Of a stretch of 64,000 nucleotides of DNA, positions 28,503-38,254 are shown piece after piece. A program made the translations under genes and the position numbers. Origin of the DNA: an uncultured Verrucomicrobiae bacterium (GTDB lineage: Bacteria > Verrucomicrobiota > Verrucomicrobiia > Chthoniobacterales > JAATET01); assembly GCA_963719495.1 (NCBI GenBank), contig CAVRCI010000005.1, positions 160,001 to 224,000 of the forward strand, written 5' to 3'. The notes beneath the pieces are model-generated. The model was not told the DNA's origin, ran no database searches, and worked only from the letters and a program-made list of their open reading frames with translations. Positions within the stretch are counted from its first letter, which is position 1; every line of letters begins with the position of its first letter.

Positions 28503-28943
28503 TCACTTCTCCAAAGCCACCAAACGCCACTCCACGTCCCCACCCTCCAAGACACTCAACCACGCATACCCCGCCCGCACCCCTTTGTTCGGCTTCCCCA
28601 CCGTTCCTGGATTCAAGATCCGCACCCCATCGACGACCTCGTCCCGCGGAACGTGAGTGTGCCCGTGCAGCAAAAAATTCACCTCCCCCAGCCGCTTCGG
28701 CGGCGCGTGAATCAACCGAAAAGTCCGCCTGCCCCGTTCCAAAGTCACCTCCTCCGGCCACCCCTCGAACGAATCCCGGTTCCCCTTTACCACGACCACC
28801 GGAACCCCCAATTCCCGCAATCGCTCCACGATCGCCGGATCCTTCACGTCACCCAGGTGCCAGATTTCCTCCGCACCCGCCAGGTCCGCCAACACCGCGT
28901 CCGGCAATTTGTCGTGAGTATCCGCAATGACCGCGATTCGCAT
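28503..28943 (-). CDS. Calcineurin-like metallophosphoesterase (YfcE/Vps29-like)
   Basis: IADTH, HLGD, GNRD, HGHTH, NPG. Confidence 0.92.
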   Translation of the reverse strand: MRIAVIADTHDKLPDAVLADLAGAEEIWHLGDVKDPAIVERLRELGVPVVVVKGNRDSFEGWPEEVTLERGRRTFRLIHAPPKRLGEVNFLLHGHTHVPRDEVVDGVRILNPGTVGKPNKGVRAGYAWLSVLEGGDVEWRLVALEK

Positions 28944-28997
28944 GATGAGATGAACTAATCGGTGAAAACCCCCGCAAACTATGAGTCAATAGCCCCC

Positions 28998-30071
28998 ATG
29001 TCCACGCCCGCGCACGCCTACGTCGAAAACCTCAACGCCTACCAGACCGGCAAGCCCATCGACGAAGTCGCCCGCGAAATGGGCCTCGACCCCACCGACA
29101 TCATCAAGCTTGCGTCGAACGAAAATCCGCTCGGCCCGTCACCCAAAGCCCTCGCCGCCATGCACGGCGCGCTCGCGCAATCCCACCTCTACCCCGACGG
29201 CGGCGGCTATGCCCTCCGCAACGCCATCGCCGACTCCGTCGGTCTCGACCGCGCCAACATCCTCCTCGGCAACGGCTCGAACGAAATCATCGAGCTCATC
29301 GCCCACGCCTACCTCGACCCGACCACCGAGATCATCGCGCCCCGCCACGCCTTCATTTGCTACCGCCTCGCCGCCCAGCTCTTCGGCGCGACCACCATCG
29401 AAACCGCCGATCCGGGTTACACCGCCGACCTCGACGCCATCCTCGACGCCATCACGCCCCGCACTCGAGTCATCTTCCTCGCGAACCCAAACAACCCCAC
29501 CGGCACGCTCGTCGGCCAAGCCGAGATCGACGCCTTCATGGACCGCGTCCCCGCCGACGTGCTCGTCGTCTTCGACGAAGCCTACTACGAGTTCCTCGAC
29601 ACCCCCCCCGACACGCTCGAATTCGTCCGCGAAAGCCGCAACGTCACCATCCTCCGCACCTTTTCAAAAATTCACGGCCTCGCCGCCCTCCGCGTCGGTT
29701 ACGCCATCTCGCCCGAGCCCCTCTCCCAACTCCTCGAAAAGACCCGCCAACCCTTCAACGTCAACTCGCTCGCCCAGGTCGGTGCCCTCGCCGCCCTCCA
29801 CGACGACGAGCACCTTGCCCGCACCCGCGAAATCACCAACGAAGGCCGCGCCACCCTCGAAAACGAATTCGCCGCCCGCGGCCTCGAATACGTCCCCAGC
29901 ACCGCAAATTTCGTCCTCGTCAACGTCGGCGACGGAGCCGCCGAGTTCCAGGCGCTCCTGAAGCAAGGCATCATCGTCCGCCCCATGGGAGTCTACGACC
30001 TCCCGGCCTGGATCCGCGTCTCCGTCGGAACGCCAACCGAAAACCAACGTTTCATCGACGCCCTCGCCTAG
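28998..30071 (+). CDS. hisC: Histidinol-phosphate aminotransferase
   Basis: KLASNENP, NPNNPTG, DEAY, RTFSKIHGLAALRVGY. Confidence 0.95.
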   Translation: MSTPAHAYVENLNAYQTGKPIDEVAREMGLDPTDIIKLASNENPLGPSPKALAAMHGALAQSHLYPDGGGYALRNAIADSVGLDRANILLGNGSNEIIELIAHAYLDPTTEIIAPRHAFICYRLAAQLFGATTIETADPGYTADLDAILDAITPRTRVIFLANPNNPTGTLVGQAEIDAFMDRVPADVLVVFDEAYYEFLDTPPDTLEFVRESRNVTILRTFSKIHGLAALRVGYAISPEPLSQLLEKTRQPFNVNSLAQVGALAALHDDEHLARTREITNEGRATLENEFAARGLEYVPSTANFVLVNVGDGAAEFQALLKQGIIVRPMGVYDLPAWIRVSVGTPTENQRFIDALA

Positions 30072-30176
30072 CGCATGGGGAGCGCACCCGTCCCGGGTGC
30101 GAGCGGCGGCGTCCCGCCGCCGCCTCACTTCCACGCTTGCAAAGAATGCCTCAGCCCCCACCCTGCCAGCCCGTTC

Positions 30177-31661
30177 ATGACCTTCACCGAAAACCTCAGC
30201 CGCGAATGGTTCTCCAACGTCCCGCGCGACCTCCTCGCCGGCCTCGTCGTCGCCCTCGCACTCATTCCCGAGGCTATTGCCTTCTCGATCATCGCCGGCG
30301 TCGACCCGCAGGTCGGCCTCTACGCCAGTTTCTGCATTGCCGTCACGTCCGCCTTCGTCGGCGGCCGCCCCGGCATGATCTCCGCTGCCACCGGCGCGAT
30401 GGCCCTTCTCATGATCACGCTCGTCCGCGAGCACGGCCTCCAATACCTCCTCGCCGCCACGTTGCTCACCGGCGTTCTTCAGATCATCTGCGGCGCGCTC
30501 AAGCTCGGTGACGCCCTCAAATTCGTCTCCCGCAGCGTGATGACCGGCTTCGTCAACGCCCTCGCCATCCTCATCTTCCTCGCCCAGCTCCCCGAATTCA
30601 AAAACCAAGGCCCGCTCATGTATGCGATGGTCGCCGCCGGCCTCGCGATCATCTACATCCTCCCCCGCTTCACGAAAGCGATCCCCTCCCCGCTCGTCTG
30701 CATCGTCGTCCTCACGCTCGTTTCGGTCTTTGCCAACCTGGACCTCCGCACCGTCGGCGACATGGGCAAACTCCCCGCCACCCTCCCGATGTTCCTCCTC
30801 CCGCAGGTCCCGCTTAATTGGGAAACCCTCGCCATCATCCTCCCCTACGCCATCCCGCTCACCATCGTCGGTCTCCTCGAATCCCTCATGACCGCGACCA
30901 TCGTCGACGACCTCACCGACACGGAAAGCGGAAAAAACCGCGAGTGCGTCGGCCAGGGCGTGTCGAACGTCGTCGCCGGATTCTTCGGCGGCATGGCCGG
31001 CTGCGCCATGATCGGCCAGACCGTCATCAACGTGAAATCCGGCGGCCGCGGCCGACTCTCCACCTTCGTCGCCGGCGTCCTTCTCCTCATCCTCATCGTC
31101 GCGTTCGGCGCTTGGGTGAAGATCATCCCCATGGCCGCCCTGGTCGCGGTCATGATCATGGTCTCCATCGGCACGTTCAGTTGGGACTCGATCCGCAACC
31201 TGCGGACCTACCCGAAGACGTCGAGCCTCGTGATGATCACGACCGTCGCCGTCGTCGTCCTCACCCACAACCTCGCCATCGGCGTCGGCGTCGGCATCCT
31301 CATGTCCGCCATCTCCTTCGCCCGCAAGGCCGCCCTCCTCATGCGAGTCGGCACCGAGCTCAGCGAAGACGGCGAGCACCGCACCTACTTCGTCGAGGGA
31401 AACCTCTTCTTCGTCTCCGCCGGAGCCTTCGCCCGGGCCTTCAACTTCCGCGAGGTCCTCACCAAGGTCACCGTCGACGTCACGAGCGCGCACTTCTGGG
31501 ACATCAGCTCCGTGGCGGCACTCGACAAGGTCGTCCTCAAATTTCGCCGCGACGGCGCCGAGGTCGAGGTCATCGGACTCAACGAAGCCAGCGCCACCCT
31601 CGTCGGCCGCGTCGGCGTGAGCGACAAAGAGGGTGCCGAAGGCGACCTCCCCAGCCACTGA
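30177..31661 (+). CDS. SulP family anion transporter with STAS domain
   Basis: [30 protein letters not shown]-terminal STAS domain. Confidence 0.95.
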   Translation: MTFTENLSREWFSNVPRDLLAGLVVALALIPEAIAFSIIAGVDPQVGLYASFCIAVTSAFVGGRPGMISAATGAMALLMITLVREHGLQYLLAATLLTGVLQIICGALKLGDALKFVSRSVMTGFVNALAILIFLAQLPEFKNQGPLMYAMVAAGLAIIYILPRFTKAIPSPLVCIVVLTLVSVFANLDLRTVGDMGKLPATLPMFLLPQVPLNWETLAIILPYAIPLTIVGLLESLMTATIVDDLTDTESGKNRECVGQGVSNVVAGFFGGMAGCAMIGQTVINVKSGGRGRLSTFVAGVLLLILIVAFGAWVKIIPMAALVAVMIMVSIGTFSWDSIRNLRTYPKTSSLVMITTVAVVVLTHNLAIGVGVGILMSAISFARKAALLMRVGTELSEDGEHRTYFVEGNLFFVSAGAFARAFNFREVLTKVTVDVTSAHFWDISSVAALDKVVLKFRRDGAEVEVIGLNEASATLVGRVGVSDKEGAEGDLPSH

Positions 31662-31667
31662 ATGGTC

Positions 31668-31760
31668 GTCCGCAGATTACGCAGAAAGTCACAGATCTTA
31701 TTTCAATTCATTCCCTTTTCACCCGCATCAAATCTGCGTCCCTCTGTTTAATCTGCGGAC
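31668..31760. repeat. Imperfect inverted repeat with ~9-nt internal periodicity
   Basis: GTCCGCAGATTA...TAATCTGCGGAC arms. Confidence 0.75.
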
Positions 31761-31776
31761 AAACCTCACCCCTCGT

Positions 31777-32634
31777 ATGAATCAAATTCTCACGTGCACC
31801 GACGGCTCGACCTACGCGCCCAGCATCTACGACCACACCGCCTGGGCCGCCCGGCACACCCCCAACTCCGCGGTCCACGTGCTGCACACGCTCGACCATC
31901 ACCGCGAGCACGCCGATCTCGCCGACTTCAGTGGTCACGTCGGGCCGGAATCCCGCGACGACCTTCTCCGTGACCTCGTCTCGCTCGAGGAGCAAAAATC
32001 CCGCGTCGCCCGCGAGCGCGGCAAGCTCATCCTCGCCGAAGCCGAGCGCCACCTCCGCGCCGCCAGCGTCGGCCGGATCACGACCGAGCAACAGCACGGC
32101 TCCCTCGTCGACATCGTCACGCGCCTCGAGACGAAAGCCGACCTCGTCGTCATGGGCAAACGCGGCGAATCCGCCGACCACGCGTCCGGCCACCTCGGCT
32201 CCAATCTCGAACGCGTCATCCGCGCCAGCAACCGCCCCGTCCTCGTCGCCTCCCGCGAATTCAAGCCCATCGACCGTTTCCTCGTCGCCTACGACGGCGG
32301 CCCGAGCGTCGAAAAGGCCATCACCTTCCTCGTCGATCACCCGCTCCTCCAAGCCACTGAATGCCACCTCCTCCGCGCCGGCCGCATCGACGAAAAAGCC
32401 GAATACTACCTCCAAGCCGCCGCCGAAAAACTTCGCGCCGCCGGCTACGAAGCCACCACCGAGGCCATCGCCGGCGATCCGGAGGAAGTCATTGCCAGAG
32501 CCGTCGAGACCCACGGGATCAACCTCCTCGTCATGGGCGCCTACGGCCACAGCCGCCTCCGCCAGCTCGTCGTCGGCAGCACCACCACCGCCATGGTCCG
32601 CACCTGCCACATCCCCGTCCTCATGTTCCGCTAA
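31777..32634 (+). CDS. Tandem universal stress protein
   Basis: DLVVMGKRG...GSNLE; LLVMGAYGHS...VGSTT; follows the SulP gene. Confidence 0.93.
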   Translation: MNQILTCTDGSTYAPSIYDHTAWAARHTPNSAVHVLHTLDHHREHADLADFSGHVGPESRDDLLRDLVSLEEQKSRVARERGKLILAEAERHLRAASVGRITTEQQHGSLVDIVTRLETKADLVVMGKRGESADHASGHLGSNLERVIRASNRPVLVASREFKPIDRFLVAYDGGPSVEKAITFLVDHPLLQATECHLLRAGRIDEKAEYYLQAAAEKLRAAGYEATTEAIAGDPEEVIARAVETHGINLLVMGAYGHSRLRQLVVGSTTTAMVRTCHIPVLMFR

Positions 32635-32831
32635 GGCCGAAGGCCGCCGTCCCCCCCGGGGGGCGGGGCTCCCGCCGAGCCGTGACTGTCACCAACACCG
32701 CACCGACCCACTCAAACCACCCGCCACACCCCGAGTGCCGTCACCCCGCCGGCGGAGCCATCTCCCCCTTCGACCTCTTGTGCACCTCCGCGGTCGGTTT
32801 GTCAGTCGCGCTCTTGCCCCGCGCGAGTCCA

Positions 32832-34265
32832 CTAGGGAATCCGGGCAACGGGAGTCGGCGGCGCCGTTAATCGCCGGATCACGCCGTCACTTTTGTTCAA
32901 AACATATACGTTCCCCCGCGAGTCGCTTCCGAAACGAAGGTCGGCCCTCGGCGCCCCGGCATTTTCGCTTTTGATCACGTCCAAAAACGTCGTCTCCACG
33001 CCATCCCGGCCCACGCGAAGCCGCGTGATCGGAGCCGTGCCACTGGTCAGGGCAAAGTCTGCGTCGATGAAATAGACAATCCCCTTCGGTATATCCCCGA
33101 AGACGAGCTTCCCGTTCAGCTCCGGCAGACCCCCGCCGCGGTAGACCGTCCCAGTCGTCGTCGCGCTCGCCCCCTCGTGCCCATATTCCGCGATCGGGTA
33201 GACGAACCCACTCTCCGTGCCATCGGCCCGCCGATTCGCCCCAATCTTGGCTCCGTCGACGAATTGAAAATCCCCCTCGCGCTCGCTCCAGCCGTAGTTT
33301 GCGCCCGCGAACCCGACGTTGATTTCCTCGACCGCGTTCTGGCCGATGTCCGAGATGAACATCCGCTTTTTACCGCCCCGGTCCCAGCGGAACCTCTGCG
33401 GGTTCCGCAACCCGTAGGCCCAGATCTCCGGTAGCGCTCCCGCCGCTCCCACGAACGGATTATCCCCGGGGATGCCGTAGCGGCCGTTCGCCGAATCGCG
33501 ACCGAGCGGATCGATCCGGAGGATTTTTCCAAAGACCCGCCCCAGGTCCTGCGCCAGCTTCTGCGGGTCGCCACCCGCCCCGCCATCGGCAATCCCCGCG
33601 TAGAGCATCCCGTAGTCCCGGTCGCCCGGCGAAGCGTTCGAATGGAAGGCAATCAGCCCCGCGTTGTGGTTCCCGTAAGGCTGTCGAATGCGAAGCACTT
33701 CGCGGAAGGGCTCGTCCCCGTCCGCCGCCGCGAAGGGCCGCGCCGTCGGATCCGCGCAAGTCCATTCCGTCAGCACCGTGTCGAACGCGTCACCCGAACG
33801 CGGCTCGAAATCCGCCGCACGAAAATCCGAACCCGAACTCGCGATCGTGTAGAACTTCCCGTAGCCCGGCGCGCCCTGCTTCAAAAAGTCCGGGTGAAAG
33901 GCCGCGCTCTGAAACCCCGCTTCCGAATTCGTCCGCAACTGGAACCCCGGCACGTCACGAAGATCCAGATACGAGGTCACCGTCCCCCCGTCCGCACTCA
34001 CGAAATACATCGGGCCGAGCTGATCGACGACGTAGAGTTCGCCGCTCGGCGAGGCGTCGAGTTGGCTCACTCGCGGTGCCCGTCCGTCCACGTCCGGGAT
34101 CCGGGCGAAATCAACCAGATCGGCCACCGTGCGCGACTTGCGGATTCTCGGTTGAAACGGGTTGTCCGCCCGCATCGAGCCAACGAAACCGAGGGTCATC
34201 CCCGCGCACAGCAACCCAATTCCAGCCAATCGACTCACGACACGACCTCCGCCAGCTACGTTCAT
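32832..34265 (-). CDS. PQQ-dependent sugar dehydrogenase (GSDH) family, secreted
   Basis: NHNAG, GKILRIDP, IWAYGLRNP, DIGQNAVEEIN, GANYGW. Confidence 0.9.
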   Translation of the reverse strand: MNVAGGGRVVSRLAGIGLLCAGMTLGFVGSMRADNPFQPRIRKSRTVADLVDFARIPDVDGRAPRVSQLDASPSGELYVVDQLGPMYFVSADGGTVTSYLDLRDVPGFQLRTNSEAGFQSAAFHPDFLKQGAPGYGKFYTIASSGSDFRAADFEPRSGDAFDTVLTEWTCADPTARPFAAADGDEPFREVLRIRQPYGNHNAGLIAFHSNASPGDRDYGMLYAGIADGGAGGDPQKLAQDLGRVFGKILRIDPLGRDSANGRYGIPGDNPFVGAAGALPEIWAYGLRNPQRFRWDRGGKKRMFISDIGQNAVEEINVGFAGANYGWSEREGDFQFVDGAKIGANRRADGTESGFVYPIAEYGHEGASATTTGTVYRGGGLPELNGKLVFGDIPKGIVYFIDADFALTSGTAPITRLRVGRDGVETTFLDVIKSENAGAPRADLRFGSDSRGNVYVLNKSDGVIRRLTAPPTPVARIP

Positions 34266-34423
34266 GGCGGCAGCGTTGCGGAAATCGCCGGACTTGCAAG
34301 TCGGCTTTCCCCCGAAAACCGAACGGATTTACCCCAACAACATCATCTTTACACGACCGCAACGCCCGTGCGTTGCGAAAAGCTATCGACGCAAAGATCT
34401 CCCCCCGCCAAATTGCACGACTC

Positions 34424-34585
34424 ATGAACAAAAAACTCCTCCTCACCATCCACGTCTGCGCGGCGCTCCTCCTCACGCTCACCTTCAACGCTTGCGAAAA
34501 GAAGGGACCCATGGAGAAAGCTGGCGAAAACATCGATGAAGCGGCCGAAAACGTCTCCGACGACGTGAAGGACGCGACGAATTGA
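34424..34585 (+). CDS. Small lipoprotein
   Basis: Lipobox-like FNAC; EKKGPMEKAGENIDEA motif. Confidence 0.75.
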   Translation: MNKKLLLTIHVCAALLLTLTFNACEKKGPMEKAGENIDEAAENVSDDVKDATN

Positions 34586-34748
34586 CGAGCCTTCGGGCGC
34601 GTCATCGGTCCTTTCCGCACCCGCCTCGCGGGAAGGACCACCCTTTTTTAACTCGGCGAAAGATATCGGAGATCTCCGGGTGTCCGATTCTTTTGCGTCC
34701 GGATCGTTGCCGACCCCCGATACAGGCTCATACCAACCTCGAACTTCC

Positions 34749-34910
34749 ATGGATATTTTACGCATCATACTCGCCATCTTCCTCCCGCCCCTCGGCGTTT
34801 TTCTCCAGGTCGGCATGGGCAAACACTTCTGGATTAACCTACTTCTGACGCTCTTCTTTTGGGTTCCCGGCCAGATTCACGCCATCTACATCATTCTCAA
34901 GGTCAAGTGA
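34749..34910 (+). CDS. YqaE/Pmp3 family membrane proteolipid
   Basis: IILAIFLPPLGVF...FWINLLLTL..VPG.IHA. Confidence 0.92.
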   Translation: MDILRIILAIFLPPLGVFLQVGMGKHFWINLLLTLFFWVPGQIHAIYIILKVK

Positions 34911-35191
34911 GCCTGCGCACCAAAGTCGTCGACGCACTCCCCTTCGGCGAACCTCAGGATCAGCTTAGTATGGTCCTCAGGACCGCCACGGCCTTTGCGG
35001 CCAGTGTCCTGCTACGGAAGCTTCTCAAGGTCGTTTGGGAAAAGTCATCGGGCCGCAACGCGCCAACAAACCCGTCCATCCCGGGCGTCGGCTGGCGTGA
35101 AGCCATCCTCTGGGGCGTCCTCACCGGCGCTCTGGCCGGAACGGTCAAAGTCGTAGCCCGCCGAGGCACCGATCGTCTGAGCAGCAGATAA
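34907..35191 (+). CDS. DUF4235-like small membrane protein
   Basis: GTGA overlap; WEKSSGRNAPTNP...WREAILW. Confidence 0.7.
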   Translation: MSLRTKVVDALPFGEPQDQLSMVLRTATAFAASVLLRKLLKVVWEKSSGRNAPTNPSIPGVGWREAILWGVLTGALAGTVKVVARRGTDRLSSR

Positions 35192-35322
35192 AGCGCGCCG
35201 CGCAACCGACAAGATCAGGTAGGGAAGCCGCGCCGCCGGGTTCCCTGACCGTCTCCCAGCGGCACCGATCTCTCAGCAAGGTCCCACCACGCCGACCAAG
35301 CTCCCGGCCCCCACTCAAAACG

Positions 35323-35358
35323 AAAAACGGCGCGTGAGGTGAACCCCACGCGCCGTTT
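35323..35358 (-). terminator. Intrinsic terminator after pnp
   Basis: AAACGGCGCGTG/CACGCGCCGTTT stem. Confidence 0.8.
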
Positions 35359-35380
35359 CCGTTGAGTGATGGAGCGAAAC

Positions 35381-37528
35381 TTACGCTTCCGCCGTAGCAG
35401 CAGGCTCCGACGTCTCGGCCTCGTCGCGATCTTTCATCGCGGCCTTGCGGCTGAGCTTCACGCGGCCCTTGTCGTCGACGCCGATGCACTTGACCCAGAT
35501 CGCGTCGCCCTGTTTGACGACGTCTTCGACGCGGTTGACGCGGAAGTCGGCCAGCTCCGAGACGTGGACGAGTCCATCCTTCCCGGGCAGCACTTCGACG
35601 AAGCAACCGAAGTCTTTGATCGAGACAACCGTGCCCTGATACATCTCGCCAACCGTGATCTCCTTGGTCATGCCGGTGATGATTTCCTTCGCGCGGGCGA
35701 GGCTGTCGCCGTTGTTCGAGTAGATGTGGACCGATCCGTCGTCGTCGATGTTGATCTCGGCTCCGGTCTCGGCAACGATTCCCTTGATCGTTTTGCCGCC
35801 AGGTCCGATGAGAAGGCCGATTTTGTCGGCCGGAATTTTGACCGTCTCAATGCGCGGCGCGTATTGGTTCATCTCCGTCCGGTGCGTCGACAGCGTCTCC
35901 GCCATGTGCGCGAGCACCTGCGTGCGGCCTTCCTTCGCGAGTTTCACGGCCTCAGCCATGATCTCGTGACTGATGCCCGCGAGCTTGAGGTCGAGCTGGA
36001 AACCGGTGACTCCGACGTCCGTGCCGCAGAGCTTGAAGTCCATGTCGCCGTAGTGATCTTCGCTACCAAGAATGTCCAAAATTGTCGTGTAGCGGGCCAA
36101 TCGCCCGTCGCCGCCGAATTCGGTGACCAAGCCAACCGAGATCCCCGCGACCGAGCGCTTGAGTGGCACACCGGCGTCGAGGAGTGCGAGACAGCCGGCG
36201 CAAACGCTGGCCATCGAGCTGGAACCGTTCGACTCCATGATCTCGCTCGTCACGCGAATCGCGTAGGGGAATTCCGATTCGTCGGGAATGACTGGCGCAA
36301 CCGAGCGCTCGGCGAGCGCTCCGTGACCGATTTCACGACGGCTCTGACCGCCAAAGCGGCCCGTCTCGCCGACCGAGAACGGCGGAAAATTGTAGTGCAG
36401 CATGAACCGCTTGCGCGTCTCGCCGCCACCGTAGGCGTCGATCATCTGGGCTTCGTCGGTGGTGGCCAGCGTCGTCAGAGCGAGCGACTGGGTCTCGCCG
36501 CGGGTGAAGAGCGACGAACCGTGCGAGCGGGGCAGCAGCCCGACTTCGGACGACAGACCGCGCAGATCGTTCACGCCGCGACCGTCGCAACGCTCCTTGC
36601 GATCCAGGATGCTGATGCGGAACGCTTTTTTCTCGAGGTAATCGAAGGCCTGTGAAATTTCGAAAGATCCCGCTTCGGGGAAACGCTCGACGATGGCTTT
36701 GGAAACTTCTTCCCGAAGCGCGCCAACGGCCTTGGCCCGGGCGACTTTGCCCGAGGTGTAGAGCGCGGATTCGATCCGGTCGCCGGCCACCTGGTAGGCG
36801 ACTTCCATCAACTCGTCCTTTACGGTGAAGAGCGGGACCTCGCGCTTGACCTTGCCGCACTCGGCGGCGAGTTGCTTCTGCGCCTCGACCAGCTTCATGA
36901 CGTGGCCCTTGGCGAAATCGAGTGCCGCCATGAAGTCCGCTTCGGGGAGTTCTTTGGCTTCGCCCTCGATCATAATGACCTCTTCGCCCGTGCCGACGTA
37001 GACGAGGTCGAGATCGCTCTCGAACCGCTCGGAGTGCAGCGGATTCACGATGAACTCACCGTTCACCCGACCCACGCGCACGGCACCGATCGGGCCGGCG
37101 AACGGGATGTCGGACACGCACAACGCGGCGGATGCGCCGTTGATGCTGAGAATGTCGGGGTCGATCTCGCCGTCGGCGCTCAGCAAAATGCTGATGATCT
37201 GCGTGTCGTAGAGGTAGCCCTTCGGGAAGAGCGGACGCAGCGGACGATCCGTCATGCGGGCCGTGAGGGTCTCCTTCTCGGAGGGACGGCCCTCACGCTT
37301 GAAGTAGCCGCCGGGGAACTTGCCGACCGCGGCTGCTTTCTCGCGGTAATCGACCGTGAGGGGGAACCAATCCTGGCCGTCCTTGATCTTGGTCGCCGAG
37401 ACGGCGCTGACGAAAATGATGGATTCGCCGGAGCGAACGGTGACCGATCCATCGGCCAGTCGGGCGATTTTGCCGGTTTCGAAGGTGATTTCTTGATTGC
37501 CCACCTGGGCGCTTGCGGAATGTGACAT
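35381..37528 (-). CDS. pnp: Polyribonucleotide nucleotidyltransferase
   Basis: [33 protein letters not shown] and S1 domains. Confidence 0.99.
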   Translation of the reverse strand: MSHSASAQVGNQEITFETGKIARLADGSVTVRSGESIIFVSAVSATKIKDGQDWFPLTVDYREKAAAVGKFPGGYFKREGRPSEKETLTARMTDRPLRPLFPKGYLYDTQIISILLSADGEIDPDILSINGASAALCVSDIPFAGPIGAVRVGRVNGEFIVNPLHSERFESDLDLVYVGTGEEVIMIEGEAKELPEADFMAALDFAKGHVMKLVEAQKQLAAECGKVKREVPLFTVKDELMEVAYQVAGDRIESALYTSGKVARAKAVGALREEVSKAIVERFPEAGSFEISQAFDYLEKKAFRISILDRKERCDGRGVNDLRGLSSEVGLLPRSHGSSLFTRGETQSLALTTLATTDEAQMIDAYGGGETRKRFMLHYNFPPFSVGETGRFGGQSRREIGHGALAERSVAPVIPDESEFPYAIRVTSEIMESNGSSSMASVCAGCLALLDAGVPLKRSVAGISVGLVTEFGGDGRLARYTTILDILGSEDHYGDMDFKLCGTDVGVTGFQLDLKLAGISHEIMAEAVKLAKEGRTQVLAHMAETLSTHRTEMNQYAPRIETVKIPADKIGLLIGPGGKTIKGIVAETGAEINIDDDGSVHIYSNNGDSLARAKEIITGMTKEITVGEMYQGTVVSIKDFGCFVEVLPGKDGLVHVSELADFRVNRVEDVVKQGDAIWVKCIGVDDKGRVKLSRKAAMKDRDEAETSEPAATAEA

Positions 37529-37582
37529 GGGTGTTTTTTTCTTTCAGAATTCACGCCGCCCTGTGCGACGCGATGGGTGGAT

Positions 37583-37632
37583 GAAACTCGAGAAGCCCCA
37601 GCTAACAAATGCCGGGGCTTCCCACGAGTTTC
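37583..37632 (-). promoter_or_regulatory. Long intergenic hairpin between rpsO and pnp (possible RNase III site)
   Basis: GAAACTCG..GAAGCCCC / GGGGCTTC..CGAGTTTC; position analogous to the E. coli rpsO-pnp processing stem. Confidence 0.5.
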
Positions 37633-37650
37633 GAGATGGATGCTGCCGCG

Positions 37651-37911
37651 TTACTTGCGGAGCGAGAGAGTCTTGAGGACGGCCTGGTAACGTTCCTCGG
37701 CCGTGCGCTTGAGGTAATCGAGCAGTTTGCGGCGCTGGGCGACCATCTTGAGGAGGCCGCGCCGGGACGAATGGTCCTTCGCGTGAATCTTGAGGTGCTC
37801 GGTGAGTTCGTTGATGCGCTTGGTCAACAACGCAATCTGCACGTCCGCGCTGCCGGTGTCTTTTTCGTGAAGCTGCAACGCGGTCGCTTCGGGTGTCTCT
37901 GTATTTGCCAT
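37651..37911 (-). CDS. rpsO: 30S ribosomal protein S15
   Basis: [13 protein letters not shown]...[13 protein letters not shown]. Confidence 0.99.
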   Translation of the reverse strand: MANTETPEATALQLHEKDTGSADVQIALLTKRINELTEHLKIHAKDHSSRRGLLKMVAQRRKLLDYLKRTAEERYQAVLKTLSLRK

Positions 37912-38005
37912 GAATCGTCTTTGGGTCGGTCGGCGAACGTGCCACGGCCCCCAAGGGGGATCAAGGGAATTCGAGAGTAATGAAAACGCGCCGCACCCTC
38001 CCCCT

Positions 38006-38131
38006 TGTCATGTTGAGCAAAGCGAAACATCTCTGACTTCTCACCGCATCTCATCGGCAAACGAAGCGCCCTGCTCCCTGCGTCGGTCGCAAAGCGTGAG
38101 CCAGAGATCCTTCACCCCGTTCAGGATGACA
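38006..38131. repeat. Inverted doublet of TGTCAT-type repeats
   Basis: 38006-38037 forward; 38100-38131 reverse. Confidence 0.9.
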
Positions 38132-38254
38132 TTGAACGAACACGCACAATGACAGGGGCCGCGAGAGTCGCGCAGGCGCCCCGTTGGCCAGCGCCCCCCA
38201 AGCAGGATGCTTGCGCTCCGAAATCGCCCAGCTTAAACCGAAAGCCCCCTCCCC

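Noticed and set aside
37912..37980. S15 autoregulatory leader RNA
   Set aside because: Short hairpins are present, but I cannot match them to a defined leader family by eye.
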